Virus record (IMG/VR): IMGVR_UViG_3300042518_000937
Source of the DNA: an uncultured virus (IMG/VR IMGVR_UViG_3300042518_000937)
Lineage: Duplodnaviria; Heunggongvirae; Uroviricota; Caudoviricetes
DNA length: 20,000 bases
Reading direction: 5' to 3' (one strand)
Both the position numbers and the translations under genes were made by a program. The notes under the pieces are model-generated. The model saw only the letters and a list, made by a program, of their open reading frames with translations, was not told the origin of the DNA and made no database searches. Positions 1 through 8,011 of this stretch are shown here, piece by piece (position 1 is the first letter of the stretch; the number at the start of each line of letters is the position of its first letter).

Positions 1-74
1 CCGGTCTTTCGCCGGATGAGGCTGCTGACAGGGCGGCCGATGAAATCGCCGCCGCAAAGAAAGGGGAAAGCTGA
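1..74 (+). CDS. 3' end of a gene truncated by the window edge (…GLSPDEAADRAADEIAAAKKGES*)
   Basis: Open frame from nt 3 to TGA 72-74, which overlaps the next ATG (TGATG). Confidence 0.6.
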   Translation, partial: GLSPDEAADRAADEIAAAKKGES

Positions 75-415
75 TGCCGTGCAACACGAAGCTCAAGCAG
101 GGGCAGACCATCGCCCAGCGTGCCGCCGAGTTGCGTAAGCGCGGCGAGCAGGTGGACAAGCTGCTCGCCGCTGGCCGTGTCAACGCTGTGGTCGGCAAGC
201 AGGGCAGCATCACGTTCACCGGCATCCCCGAGGACGTGCGTGACGGTATGACCGATGCGTGTGTGTATCGGGCGATCATGGCGCGTGGCAGCCATCAGGC
301 GAAGATGGCTATCGCCAAGGCTGAACGGCTGGCTGGTCGGGCGGTGGACAAGAAGGTGGTCGCCCAGGGCGTCCACTCCCATGACGGCGGTGCGACATGG
401 CATCCGCGGGGGTAG
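74..415 (+). CDS. Hypothetical phage protein, 113 aa
   Basis: ATG overlapping the upstream stop, purine-rich AAGGGGAAAG RBS, GC3-rich codons. Confidence 0.8.
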   Translation: MPCNTKLKQGQTIAQRAAELRKRGEQVDKLLAAGRVNAVVGKQGSITFTGIPEDVRDGMTDACVYRAIMARGSHQAKMAIAKAERLAGRAVDKKVVAQGVHSHDGGATWHPRG

Positions 416-514
416 AAGTTGAGGTTGGGCTGCCCATTCCTGGGTATCCCGACTTCACCCGCTGTTCGTCAGCACGTTTCTGCCGCGCCCTGCGGTGGGA
501 ATGCCAGAAAGGCG

Positions 515-533
515 GTGTTGCGATCTGCAACGC
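515..533. promoter_or_regulatory. Palindromic repeat copy 1 (GTGTTGC-GATCT-GCAACGC)
   Basis: Matches the GTGTTGCR-N3-YGCAACAC consensus with 1 mismatch; 24 nt before GTG 558. Confidence 0.8.
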
Positions 534-557
534 CACCCCACAAGAAGGAGGTATCAA

Positions 558-923
558 GTGCGCTTGACGCGCAGCGATCATCACGATCTGGAACCGACCG
601 TTCGGGTGCGGTCTCCGCGATCCGACGATCACCGGCAGATGGAAAAACTGCTGCCGTGGTTCACCCCGCTTCTCGTCTACCGGATGGACGACGAGGACTG
701 GGTTCGCTGGCATGTCCCGCAGCCCGTCGCTGAGGATATCGGCATTTCCGGCGGCTGCGCCTGCTGCGGCTCCGGCGCCCTCGAGGTTGAGGGCGGCTTC
801 CACGTCGACACGGCGTGGAGCGAAACAGGCTGGTGGCTCACCGAGAACGGTTACGAGTTGCCTGCCTACGGTGTTGCAGATCGCAACACCGACACCCCAC
901 AGAAAGAAGGTAAAGAGCAGTGA
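558..923 (+). CDS. Hypothetical protein, about 121 aa
   Basis: AAGGAGG RBS then GTG at 558 in the frame of ORF 495..923; the stop overlaps the ParB start (GTGA). Confidence 0.65.
   Translation: MRLTRSDHHDLEPTVRVRSPRSDDHRQMEKLLPWFTPLLVYRMDDEDWVRWHVPQPVAEDIGISGGCACCGSGALEVEGGFHVDTAWSETGWWLTENGYELPAYGVADRNTDTPQKEGKEQ
871..889. promoter_or_regulatory. Palindromic repeat copy 2 (GTGTTGC-AGATC-GCAACAC)
   Basis: Perfect 7-bp inverted arms; 30 nt before the parB start. Confidence 0.85.
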
Positions 924-2410
924 CCACATCAATTCCCAACGGAGTGCTGGAACATCTCGACCCGAACGCCATCGAGGTCGAGGTCAACGTGAGGACCGAG
1001 GCGTCGCTCACCAAGCAGTTCATCGCCTCCATCAAGGAGCAGGGCGTGCTGGTGCCCGTCGTGGCTGTCCGTGAGGACGGCAAGGTCAAGGTGCGTGCTG
1101 GCCAAAGGCGCACCCTGGCCGCCCGTGAGGCGGGCCTGACGTCGATCCCGGTGTACATCGCCAACACCGACCTCGATACCGCCACCCGGCTGTCGCAGCA
1201 GATCGTGGAGAACGATCAGCGTCTGGCGCTGTCGGCAACTGACCGGGTGAAGGGCATTCAGCAGTTGCTCGACACCGGGCTGTCGATGACCAAGGTCGCC
1301 AAGCGGCTGTCGGTGTCGCCGGAGCGGGTGAAGAAGTCCAAGGTGGTGGCCGAGTCGGAGACGGCGATGGCTGCGCTGGACGCCGGGACGGTGACCCTGG
1401 ACGAGGCCGCGGCGCTGGCCGAGTTCGCCGACGACGAGAACGCGGTGGAGCGTCTGATGCGGGCGGTGGGCCGTTCCTACTTCGAGCATGAAGTGGAGCG
1501 TCTGCGTCAGGATCGGCAGGCCGCTCTGGATCGGGAGGCCGCTGCGGGTCCGTGGCGAGAGCAGGGTTTCGCTGTCATCCAGCGCCGGGATGCCGTCGAC
1601 ATGGAGGCGTGGCCGTTGTCGGCCCTGCTGACGGAGGGCGGCGACGCGGTGTTCGACGTCCAGCTTGCGGTGAAGGACCCGGCGAACTGGGCGATCACGC
1701 TGTCGGACGAAGCGGTGTTCACCGACACCGACGGCAGCCCGGTCGACGAGTCGCTGATCGACTGGGCGACGGAGGACGATCCCGAGGCTGAGGCCAAGGA
1801 GGGGATGCTGCACTGCGACTCGGTGGTGGAGAAGGTGGCGTGGGTTCCCGACGTGTACTACTGCTTGAATCCGGAGGCCGAGGGCCTGACGGTCAGCAGC
1901 TGGTACAAGGCGACCGGCGCGGCACCGATGCCCGACCTGTCGTCGGAGGATCTGGAGCGCAAGGCCGCGGAGAAGGCTGAGCGCCGCCGGGTGATCGTGC
2001 TGAACAAGGCCGGCGACGCAGCACAGACAGTGCGCCGCAAGTTCGTCACCGAGTTGTTGCAGCGCAAAACCCCCCCGAAGGGCACTGCGCCGTTCGTGGC
2101 GGAGCGGCTGATCGCCGACCCGTATCTGCTGCAGCGGGGCGGTGATGTCGCCAGCGAGTTGCTGGGGGCCGACATTCGGTCGGGGGAGTTGCTGGATCAT
2201 GTCAGCGATGCCCGCGCCGAGGTTGTGCTGCTGGGCGTGGCGTTGGGTTCGCTGGAGTTCGCAACGGGCCGCGACAAGTGGCGCACCCCTGACGCCTCGT
2301 CGTCGGCGTACCTGCGGTTTCTGGCGGCGAACGGCTACGGCCTGTCGGCGGTGGAGCAGGTCATCGTCGGCGAGAAGTCGGCGGACCGCTGCTACGAGGA
2401 ACTGGCCTGA
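920..2410 (+). CDS. parB: ParB/RepB/Spo0J-family protein (ParB N-terminal CTPase-like domain + HTH + long C-terminal region)
   Basis: SIKEQGVLVPVV, arginine patch AGQRR, IVENDQR, then HTH-like LSMTKVAKRLSVSPERVKKS. Confidence 0.88.
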   Translation: MTTSIPNGVLEHLDPNAIEVEVNVRTEASLTKQFIASIKEQGVLVPVVAVREDGKVKVRAGQRRTLAAREAGLTSIPVYIANTDLDTATRLSQQIVENDQRLALSATDRVKGIQQLLDTGLSMTKVAKRLSVSPERVKKSKVVAESETAMAALDAGTVTLDEAAALAEFADDENAVERLMRAVGRSYFEHEVERLRQDRQAALDREAAAGPWREQGFAVIQRRDAVDMEAWPLSALLTEGGDAVFDVQLAVKDPANWAITLSDEAVFTDTDGSPVDESLIDWATEDDPEAEAKEGMLHCDSVVEKVAWVPDVYYCLNPEAEGLTVSSWYKATGAAPMPDLSSEDLERKAAEKAERRRVIVLNKAGDAAQTVRRKFVTELLQRKTPPKGTAPFVAERLIADPYLLQRGGDVASELLGADIRSGELLDHVSDARAEVVLLGVALGSLEFATGRDKWRTPDASSSAYLRFLAANGYGLSAVEQVIVGEKSADRCYEELA

Positions 2411-2628
2411 TGTCGGGTCCGGATAGCATCACCGTTCCGGTGTCTCTTGAAGTGCTGGCTGACGGCAATGTGTTGTTGACGTTTGGCCCGATGTCTCCCG
2501 CCGAGTTGCTGGATGCGTTGGCTCAGCTGGAGACGGCCGAGGGGCAGGACTCGTTTCATCAGCAGTTGGTGGAGGGGTTGCGGCGGGCGAAGGAGCAGTG
2601 GGAATCTGCTGTCGATCCTGCCGAGTAG
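2410..2628 (+). CDS. Hypothetical protein, 72 aa
   Basis: TGATG overlap with parB and GAGGA RBS upstream. Confidence 0.65.
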   Translation: MSGPDSITVPVSLEVLADGNVLLTFGPMSPAELLDALAQLETAEGQDSFHQQLVEGLRRAKEQWESAVDPAE

Positions 2629-2636
2629 CCACCCCC

Positions 2637-2665
2637 TTGACAAAAGCCCACGTCTAGGGTATAAT
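2637..2665 (+). promoter_or_regulatory. Consensus SigA/sigma70 promoter
   Basis: TTGACA (2637-2642), 17-nt spacer, TATAAT (2660-2665) in an intergenic gap. Confidence 0.9.
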
Positions 2666-2727
2666 AATAAGTGAAGGGTTGAAGTCTGCCCGCCGGGGGT
2701 CACGCGCCCCCGGTGGGCACCCTCACC

Positions 2728-2746
2728 GTGTTGCAAACCGCAACAC
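2728..2746. promoter_or_regulatory. Palindromic repeat copy 3 (GTGTTGC-AAACC-GCAACAC)
   Basis: Perfect arms; lies between the promoter and the RBS of ORF 2768. Confidence 0.85.
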
Positions 2747-2767
2747 AGACCAGAAAGGAATACGCAC

Positions 2768-3046
2768 ATGCGGCAATGCCTGGTCTGCGGCGGGGCCTTC
2801 GACGCTCCACTCCGCCGCGGACGGCCACCGGAGACATGCTCGCCGGAATGCCTCAACAAACGCAAGAGCCAGCAGCGACGCGAAACGAAAGAGCGCGCCA
2901 TCGCCCGAGGTTGCCCCCCGGAAATGCACGGCACACAGACCGGCGCCACGCACTACGAGTGCCACTGCCCCAAGTGTCGCATGTGGTGGCGCGACTACCA
3001 GCGAGCCAGGCGAGCAGCCCGAAAGGCTGCCGCCGCAACAACCTGA
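2768..3046 (+). CDS. Small basic protein with two putative Zn-binding modules
   Basis: CxxC…RRGRP…CxxxC followed by HG…CxCxxC; Arg-rich; GAAAGGAA RBS. Confidence 0.75.
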   Translation: MRQCLVCGGAFDAPLRRGRPPETCSPECLNKRKSQQRRETKERAIARGCPPEMHGTQTGATHYECHCPKCRMWWRDYQRARRAARKAAAATT

Positions 3047-3065
3047 GTGTTGCAAACCGCAACAC
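3047..3065. promoter_or_regulatory. Palindromic repeat copy 4 (GTGTTGC-AAACC-GCAACAC)
   Basis: Identical to copy 3; directly after the stop codon and upstream of ku. Confidence 0.85.
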
Positions 3066-3101
3066 CAGCTTTCCCCACGAAAGAAAGAGAGAAACCCCAT
3101 C

Positions 3102-3980
3102 ATGGCTGCACCCTCCACCCGCTCGATTGCGAATCTCGACCTGACCGTCGGGCTGGTTTCCTGCCCGGTCAAGATGGTCGGCGTCATCGAAAACCATGAC
3201 CGCAAAGGTTCGATGTACCACCAGCACGACGACGGCAGCTACGGCAAAGTCAAGATGCCCAAGTCCTGCGAGGGCTGCGGCGAAACGCTGTCCTCGCACG
3301 ACATCTGCAAGGGCTTCGATGAGAACGGCGAAACCGTCGTGCTCACCGCTTCCGAACTGGAAACGATCGCCGCCAACACCGGCTCGTCGCTGGAAGTTCC
3401 GCACTTCGTCAAGGCCGATCAGATCGACCCGATGCTGTTCGCCGACCAGAACGCCTACCGGCTGATCCCCGACCCCAAGCGCAAGCAGGCCGAGGTCACC
3501 TACCGGATGATCCGCGGAGTGCTCAACGAGCAGGGCATCGTCGGCATCGTTACCTACGTCCGGTGGGGGCGCAACCATCTGGCGCTGCTCGACGTCGAGC
3601 AGACCACCGGCTCGCTGATTATCCGCAACATGATGTGGCCAGACGAGTTGCGCGAGGCCAGCGGTGTGCCCGACTCCGACGCCGACGTCGATCCCCGGCT
3701 GATGCCGGTGATGCGGACCCTGGCCGAGTCGATGACCAAGGACTGGCGCCCGTCGGACTACACCGACGCCTACACCGACAACCTCAACGAGGCGATCAGC
3801 GTCAAAGCCGCTGGTGGGGAGATCGCCAGCATCGCCGGTGGCGGTGGCGACAACGCGATCACCGATGTGTCGGACCTGCTCGCCAAGCTGGAAGCGTCGA
3901 TCGAAGCCAAGGCTCCCGCCGAGGCACCCGTCTCCCCCAAGAAGGCACCCGCCAAGCGTGCCGCCAAGAAAGCCAGCTAG
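3102..3980 (+). CDS. ku: Ku-like DNA end-binding protein, 292 aa
   Basis: RSI…LTVGLVSCPVKM, KGFD…VVLT..EL, FV…IDPMLF, YRL.PD, MMWPDELR and C-terminal DLLAKLEASI are typical prokaryotic Ku motifs; start reassigned to ATG 3102. Confidence 0.92.
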   Translation: MAAPSTRSIANLDLTVGLVSCPVKMVGVIENHDRKGSMYHQHDDGSYGKVKMPKSCEGCGETLSSHDICKGFDENGETVVLTASELETIAANTGSSLEVPHFVKADQIDPMLFADQNAYRLIPDPKRKQAEVTYRMIRGVLNEQGIVGIVTYVRWGRNHLALLDVEQTTGSLIIRNMMWPDELREASGVPDSDADVDPRLMPVMRTLAESMTKDWRPSDYTDAYTDNLNEAISVKAAGGEIASIAGGGGDNAITDVSDLLAKLEASIEAKAPAEAPVSPKKAPAKRAAKKAS

Positions 3981-4064
3981 TCGCTGGGCCGCTTTACCCC
4001 GTCGCCGGGCACCCGGCGGCGGGCATGGCTGTCCAGAGCCAACCCGCAGCAGAGCAATCCCGCC

Positions 4065-4083
4065 CTGTTGCACATCGCAACAC
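4065..4083. promoter_or_regulatory. Palindromic repeat copy 5 (CTGTTGC-ACATC-GCAACAC)
   Basis: 1 mismatch; 23 nt before GTG 4107. Confidence 0.82.
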
Positions 4084-4106
4084 CCCACCGAAAGGAAACA
4101 CACTCA

Positions 4107-5159
4107 GTGTCCAAGCAGTTGAAAATCTTCGCCGACCAACTCGCCAAGGAAGTCGCCTGGCTGAACAAGATGCCCGCCGTCGAACCGGTGTCAGCGGTCA
4201 TCCAGATCACTGCCGTCATCGGCGCGGTGATCGTGCGCCGCGTCAGCGACGACCAGTACCGGGAAGCGGTAGTCCCGGCGATCGGCGGCGATCAGGTCAG
4301 CATCACGGTGGCAGCCAACAAGCTGCTCGACGCGCTGAAGTCGCTGGAAGGGTCGCTCACTATCACCATCAACGACGAGGACTTGACGTTGGAGTCCTCC
4401 GAGCGGAAGGTGACCATCCGGTCAGCCAGCAGCGCGGTCGAGTTCCCCGAGTGGCCGCAATTCACCGGCCGGGGGTTCGGGGTGCTGATGCCCGACAACC
4501 TCAAGCAGGTGCTGACCTCCGTCGGCAACGACGACAACCTTCCCCAACTGAAGAACGTCGCGTTCGACAGCGGAACGATGGTCTCAACCGACCGTCACCG
4601 GCTGACTCGCGTCACCTACGACGGGTCAGGCTTCACCGGCAAGGTCAACTCGTCGGCGCTGAGGGCGTTCGTCAAGGCCAGCACTGCGGTGTTCGTCGAG
4701 GCGGGCACGGTCGGCGATCAGCCGTGGGTGCAGCTTCGGTCTGACGGGCGCAGTTGCACCAGCCCGATGGCCGATGTGGACTTTCCGAACTGGCGCAAGC
4801 TCATACCGGAAGACCAGCCCCTGAAGGTGATGTTCGACCGTGAGCAGATGCTCAAGGCGATCACCGGAACCGAAACCAGCCTCACCATCACCGGCGGCTC
4901 GATCACCGTGGTGAGCGAAAGCGGCGACGGAATCTGCACCGAGCAGAAGGTCAACCTGTATCAGACGATGCAGAACGAGTTCGATGAGCCGGTGACGGTA
5001 AGCGTCTCATCGAAGTTCCTCGCGGACAGCCTGCGGGGACTCGGGTCGAAGTTGGTGGTGTTGGGCATCACGTCGCCAACCTCGCCGGTGGTGATCTCTG
5101 ACCTCACCGATGCGCTGCATCTGGTCATGCCGATCAAGAAAGCCGCCGAGGCTAGCTAG
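4107..5159 (+). CDS. dnaN: DNA polymerase III beta sliding clamp homologue, about 350 aa
   Basis: EFPEWP, STDRHRL, DFPNWRKLIP, KFLADSL and C-terminal LVMPIK match DnaN signatures; full three-domain length; GAAAGGAAA RBS. Confidence 0.88.
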   Translation: MSKQLKIFADQLAKEVAWLNKMPAVEPVSAVIQITAVIGAVIVRRVSDDQYREAVVPAIGGDQVSITVAANKLLDALKSLEGSLTITINDEDLTLESSERKVTIRSASSAVEFPEWPQFTGRGFGVLMPDNLKQVLTSVGNDDNLPQLKNVAFDSGTMVSTDRHRLTRVTYDGSGFTGKVNSSALRAFVKASTAVFVEAGTVGDQPWVQLRSDGRSCTSPMADVDFPNWRKLIPEDQPLKVMFDREQMLKAITGTETSLTITGGSITVVSESGDGICTEQKVNLYQTMQNEFDEPVTVSVSSKFLADSLRGLGSKLVVLGITSPTSPVVISDLTDALHLVMPIKKAAEAS

Positions 5160-5165
5160 AAAGTG

Positions 5166-5206
5166 GAGTGGCCCCGGACCGGCTTTTGGCTGGTCTGGGG
5201 CCACTC
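5166..5206 (+). terminator. Long GC-rich hairpin after dnaN (terminator or processing site; no U-tract)
   Basis: GAGTGGCCCCGGACCGGC / GCTGGTCTGGGGCCACTC, 18-bp stem with 2 G-U pairs. Confidence 0.55.
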
Positions 5207-5275
5207 GCTCCAACTTTCCCCACGAAAGCAGGATGCCCAAAGGGGCACCTTTACCTTACAGGAGTTCAACCCAGC

Positions 5276-5884
5276 ATGAAAACACTGAATAAGGCGCAGC
5301 AGTTCATCGAGTTCTCGTCGCTGTCCCTGGAGGACGGGCAAGACTTCGTTCCATTCATCATCATCATCGACGACCAGGACCGCGAGTTCTTCGTCGGCTT
5401 CGGGCAGATGCCCACCGAGCCGGAAGCCAAAGATCAACTGGCCGACATCATCATGGCGCTGTGCGTGGTTCACGGCGCGGTCGAGGCGGCGTTCGGCAGC
5501 GCAGCGTGGTCTGCGGCAGCCGAATTGAATGATGACCTTAAAGTGCCGCCATCGAAGCGCCCCAACCGACAAGAGGTGGCGATCGTCAGCGCCGCCAACA
5601 ATGCGGGCGTCAGCAATGTGAGCATTGCTTCGGTGGTTCGGGAGGGCGGCAAGGTGGGGATCGGACTGTGGGAGCTTCCCGACAAGGCCATTGCCGGCCG
5701 CTTCGCCGAGGCTCTGCACATGGGCCTCAAGCTGAGCAACAAGATCCCCGCCGAGATTCGCGCTTTCCTGCGCGAGCAGATCGAGGCGGGACTTCTGCAG
5801 GAAATCCTCATGAGCACCACGAATGTCATCAGTGAGGCTCGCCGCACCGGAATGACGATCGAGAAGGGAGCGTGGAAAAAGTGA
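5276..5884 (+). CDS. Hypothetical protein, about 202 aa
   Basis: CAGGAG RBS then ATG 5276 in the frame of ORF 5168..5884. Confidence 0.75.
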   Translation: MKTLNKAQQFIEFSSLSLEDGQDFVPFIIIIDDQDREFFVGFGQMPTEPEAKDQLADIIMALCVVHGAVEAAFGSAAWSAAAELNDDLKVPPSKRPNRQEVAIVSAANNAGVSNVSIASVVREGGKVGIGLWELPDKAIAGRFAEALHMGLKLSNKIPAEIRAFLREQIEAGLLQEILMSTTNVISEARRTGMTIEKGAWKK

Positions 5885-6612
5885 CTGTTGCAAAACGCAA
5901 CACTGAGAACATAATGCGGGACTTCCAGAAGCTGCTCGAAACCCGAGAAGAACTGGACCCCATGCTGGCGATGTACATCGACGACGGTCCGGCAGGGCCG
6001 TCAATCAAGCACCCGCTGGTGTTCAGCATTGCTCACAATTCGATGATGAACGCTCTCGTCAACGCTCAGTTCAAGGCCAAGAAAGAGGCGTTGGAGAAGG
6101 CCAAAGACCGATGCGATTGGGAAACCTGCGTGTGGCTTCATGAGCGCCCATACCGGCTCGACGCTTTCCTCGACATCAGCTGGCGTCTGGACGGCCCCCG
6201 ATACTGGGAGCTTCTGGGTCAGGTGTGGTCGGACACCGAAAACGCCTGGCAGAACAAAAGCGAATGGCGGGAGGTTCTCATCGCCGACGCCGAGGGTCGG
6301 GAAATGATGTCCGACCCCGATGTGCGATGCGTGTTCGACCTCCCGCCGGAGAAGGGGGGGCTGCTGCCGATGACCCGCATCTACCGCGGCTACTGCTTCG
6401 ACGATGCGCTGCAGGGGTATAGCTGGACCCTCGACAAGGCGCGGGCCAGGTGGTTCGCCAACCGTCTGCGTCAGGACGATCACCCGTCACCGAAGATCGC
6501 CAGCGGGTTCGTCGCCAAAGAGCATGTCATCGCGTACATCACCGGCCGCGATGAGGCCGAAATCGTGACCCTGCCCGAGCATGTGACCCAGCTTGAGATT
6601 GAGGAGGCCTGA
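5881..6612 (+). CDS. Hypothetical protein with putative C-terminal ADP-ribosyltransferase-like fold
   Basis: GTGA overlap (alternative start ATG 5914); motifs IYRG…YSWT…WFANR…RDEAEIV in R-S-E order. Confidence 0.6.
   Translation: MTVAKRNTENIMRDFQKLLETREELDPMLAMYIDDGPAGPSIKHPLVFSIAHNSMMNALVNAQFKAKKEALEKAKDRCDWETCVWLHERPYRLDAFLDISWRLDGPRYWELLGQVWSDTENAWQNKSEWREVLIADAEGREMMSDPDVRCVFDLPPEKGGLLPMTRIYRGYCFDDALQGYSWTLDKARARWFANRLRQDDHPSPKIASGFVAKEHVIAYITGRDEAEIVTLPEHVTQLEIEEA
5885..5903. promoter_or_regulatory. Palindromic repeat copy 6 (CTGTTGC-AAAAC-GCAACAC)
   Basis: 1 mismatch; at a gene junction. Confidence 0.82.
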
Positions 6613-6613
6613 C

Positions 6614-6778
6614 ATGGGATGGGAAAACGACGAATGGCGTGCAGCGCAAGACGACACCCCGGTGCGCCGGTTCGCCGGTGGCATCGAGATTGTCGGTGAC
6701 AAGTCCGACGCGCTGGGCGAACGCCCTGTTGCAGAACGCAACACCGACGACGAAGAGGGAGATAGTGATGGCAGTTGA
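6614..6778 (+). CDS. Small acidic hypothetical protein, 54 aa
   Basis: GAGGAGG RBS then ATG 6614. Confidence 0.6.
   Translation: MGWENDEWRAAQDDTPVRRFAGGIEIVGDKSDALGERPVAERNTDDEEGDSDGS
6726..6744. promoter_or_regulatory. Palindromic repeat copy 7 (CTGTTGC-AGAAC-GCAACAC)
   Basis: 1 mismatch; 23 nt before ATG 6768. Confidence 0.82.
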
Positions 6779-7016
6779 TCGAACAGTCATCAAGTTCGAC
6801 GTCCGACCCGTTGAGGGCGGCGATGGCAAGCTGACCGCCCTTAAGGTGCAGCGCACAGAGCGGGTAAAGCGGGTTTCCGATACGGGAAAAACGCTGAACT
6901 ACGGAGTCACCAAAGATGTGGGTGAACCGTTTGAGATTCCGATCGGTCATGTTGCCGATCTGATCCGTGAACTGGCCGACTGGCCGATTTGGTATGCAAC
7001 CGGAAAGGACGATTGA
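6768..7016 (+). CDS. Hypothetical protein, 82 aa
   Basis: GAGGGAG RBS then ATG 6768 (MAVDRTVIKF…). Confidence 0.7.
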   Translation: MAVDRTVIKFDVRPVEGGDGKLTALKVQRTERVKRVSDTGKTLNYGVTKDVGEPFEIPIGHVADLIRELADWPIWYATGKDD

Positions 7017-7018
7017 AA

Positions 7019-7453
7019 ATGGGATACCGCGTCAGCACATGGGAAGTGGACTTCCACATTCCCGCCGACAAGATCGCCGCAGCGTTGGCCGACATCTCGG
7101 CGTTGCAGCGGCCCTGCTGGAACCGCAACCACGCCACAGGCACGGCGCACAACTGCCAGCGCCTCAAGCCGTTCGACTCGCTGACCGAGGCGGTGGAGGA
7201 ACTGACCGGGTTCCACGACTGCGAAGAGAGCGACGTTGACGGATTCAATCTGGGGCAGCACCTGGACAAGTGGATGGGCACCACCGACGACGTGCTGCAT
7301 GCGCTGGGCCGTCACGCCACCGAAGGCTCCTACGTCCGGCTGGTCGGCGAAGATTACGGACTGTTCGGGTATCGCGTGGTGGACGGCAGGACGCACATCG
7401 AAGATGCGACCGTCACCTGGACGGTATCACCGACTGCGATGAAGGCCGAGTGA
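7019..7453 (+). CDS. Hypothetical protein, 144 aa
   Basis: GAAAGGA RBS then ATG 7019; tightly packed. Confidence 0.75.
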   Translation: MGYRVSTWEVDFHIPADKIAAALADISALQRPCWNRNHATGTAHNCQRLKPFDSLTEAVEELTGFHDCEESDVDGFNLGQHLDKWMGTTDDVLHALGRHATEGSYVRLVGEDYGLFGYRVVDGRTHIEDATVTWTVSPTAMKAE

Positions 7454-7839
7454 TGGGCATCTACATCAACGGCGACCACAACAGCGTCAACATCAACGGC
7501 GACTACATCAGCGAGAACGACTTCGGTAATAGCTACTCCGGCTGCTACGGGCAGAAGCCGCCGATCGGTTTCTTCGGTCTGCTGGGCATCATCATGCTGC
7601 TCATCTGGCTGCTCATCAAGTTCTGGTGGATTGTGCTGATCGTCGCCAGCCTGGGGGCGCTTGCGTTCGCAGCGCACCTGGAGCGGGAAGACAGGCATCG
7701 CGCTCAAGTCGAGGCACGAAACCGGGAAGAGTTGCTCGCTGAACGCGCCGAGCGTCAGAACGCCGCGTACCTGCGAGGAGAGCCGTTGGGAACCTACGGG
7801 ATCTACCCGCCGCCGCCGGGGGTGGAGCGTGAACCGTGA
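7453..7839 (+). CDS. Membrane protein, 128 aa
   Basis: TGATG overlap; long hydrophobic stretch IGFFGLLGIIMLLIWLLIKFWWIVLIVASLGALAFAA. Confidence 0.75.
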   Translation: MGIYINGDHNSVNINGDYISENDFGNSYSGCYGQKPPIGFFGLLGIIMLLIWLLIKFWWIVLIVASLGALAFAAHLEREDRHRAQVEARNREELLAERAERQNAAYLRGEPLGTYGIYPPPPGVEREP

Positions 7840-8011
7840 ACGGCTGATCGACCTCATCAACTACCCGTGGATCTACGGGCCGCGGTGGCGGCGGGCTTAC
7901 CGCTTCGCCGCGATCCGTGACCGCGGCCTCGCGCAAGAACACATCACCTGGGCGTTAGCCCTCAAAGAGCGTGTTGCAGATCGCAACACGCCACGAGAAG
8001 AAGGAGAGTGA
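7829..8011 (+). CDS. Hypothetical protein, 60 aa
   Basis: Fills the gap in the operon; the stop overlaps the next start. Confidence 0.55.
   Translation: MNRERLIDLINYPWIYGPRWRRAYRFAAIRDRGLAQEHITWALALKERVADRNTPREEGE
7971..7989. promoter_or_regulatory. Palindromic repeat copy 8 (GTGTTGC-AGATC-GCAACAC)
   Basis: Identical to copy 2; upstream of the GAAGGAG RBS. Confidence 0.85.

Noticed and set aside
929..2200. 423-aa antisense ORF, and similar long ORFs at 2853..4103 (-) and 3563..4744 (+)
   Set aside because: Shadow frames of well-supported parB, ku and dnaN genes in high-GC DNA; no RBS or recognisable motifs.
2679..3101. N-terminal extension of Ku given in the ORF track
   Set aside because: It overlaps the zinc-finger gene and two palindromes; Ku similarity begins at ATG 3102.
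5888..5915. TTGCAA-N16-CATAAT promoter overlapping copy 6
   Set aside because: The -10 would overlap ATG 5914, and a comparable -10 was not evident after the other copies; too weak to call.
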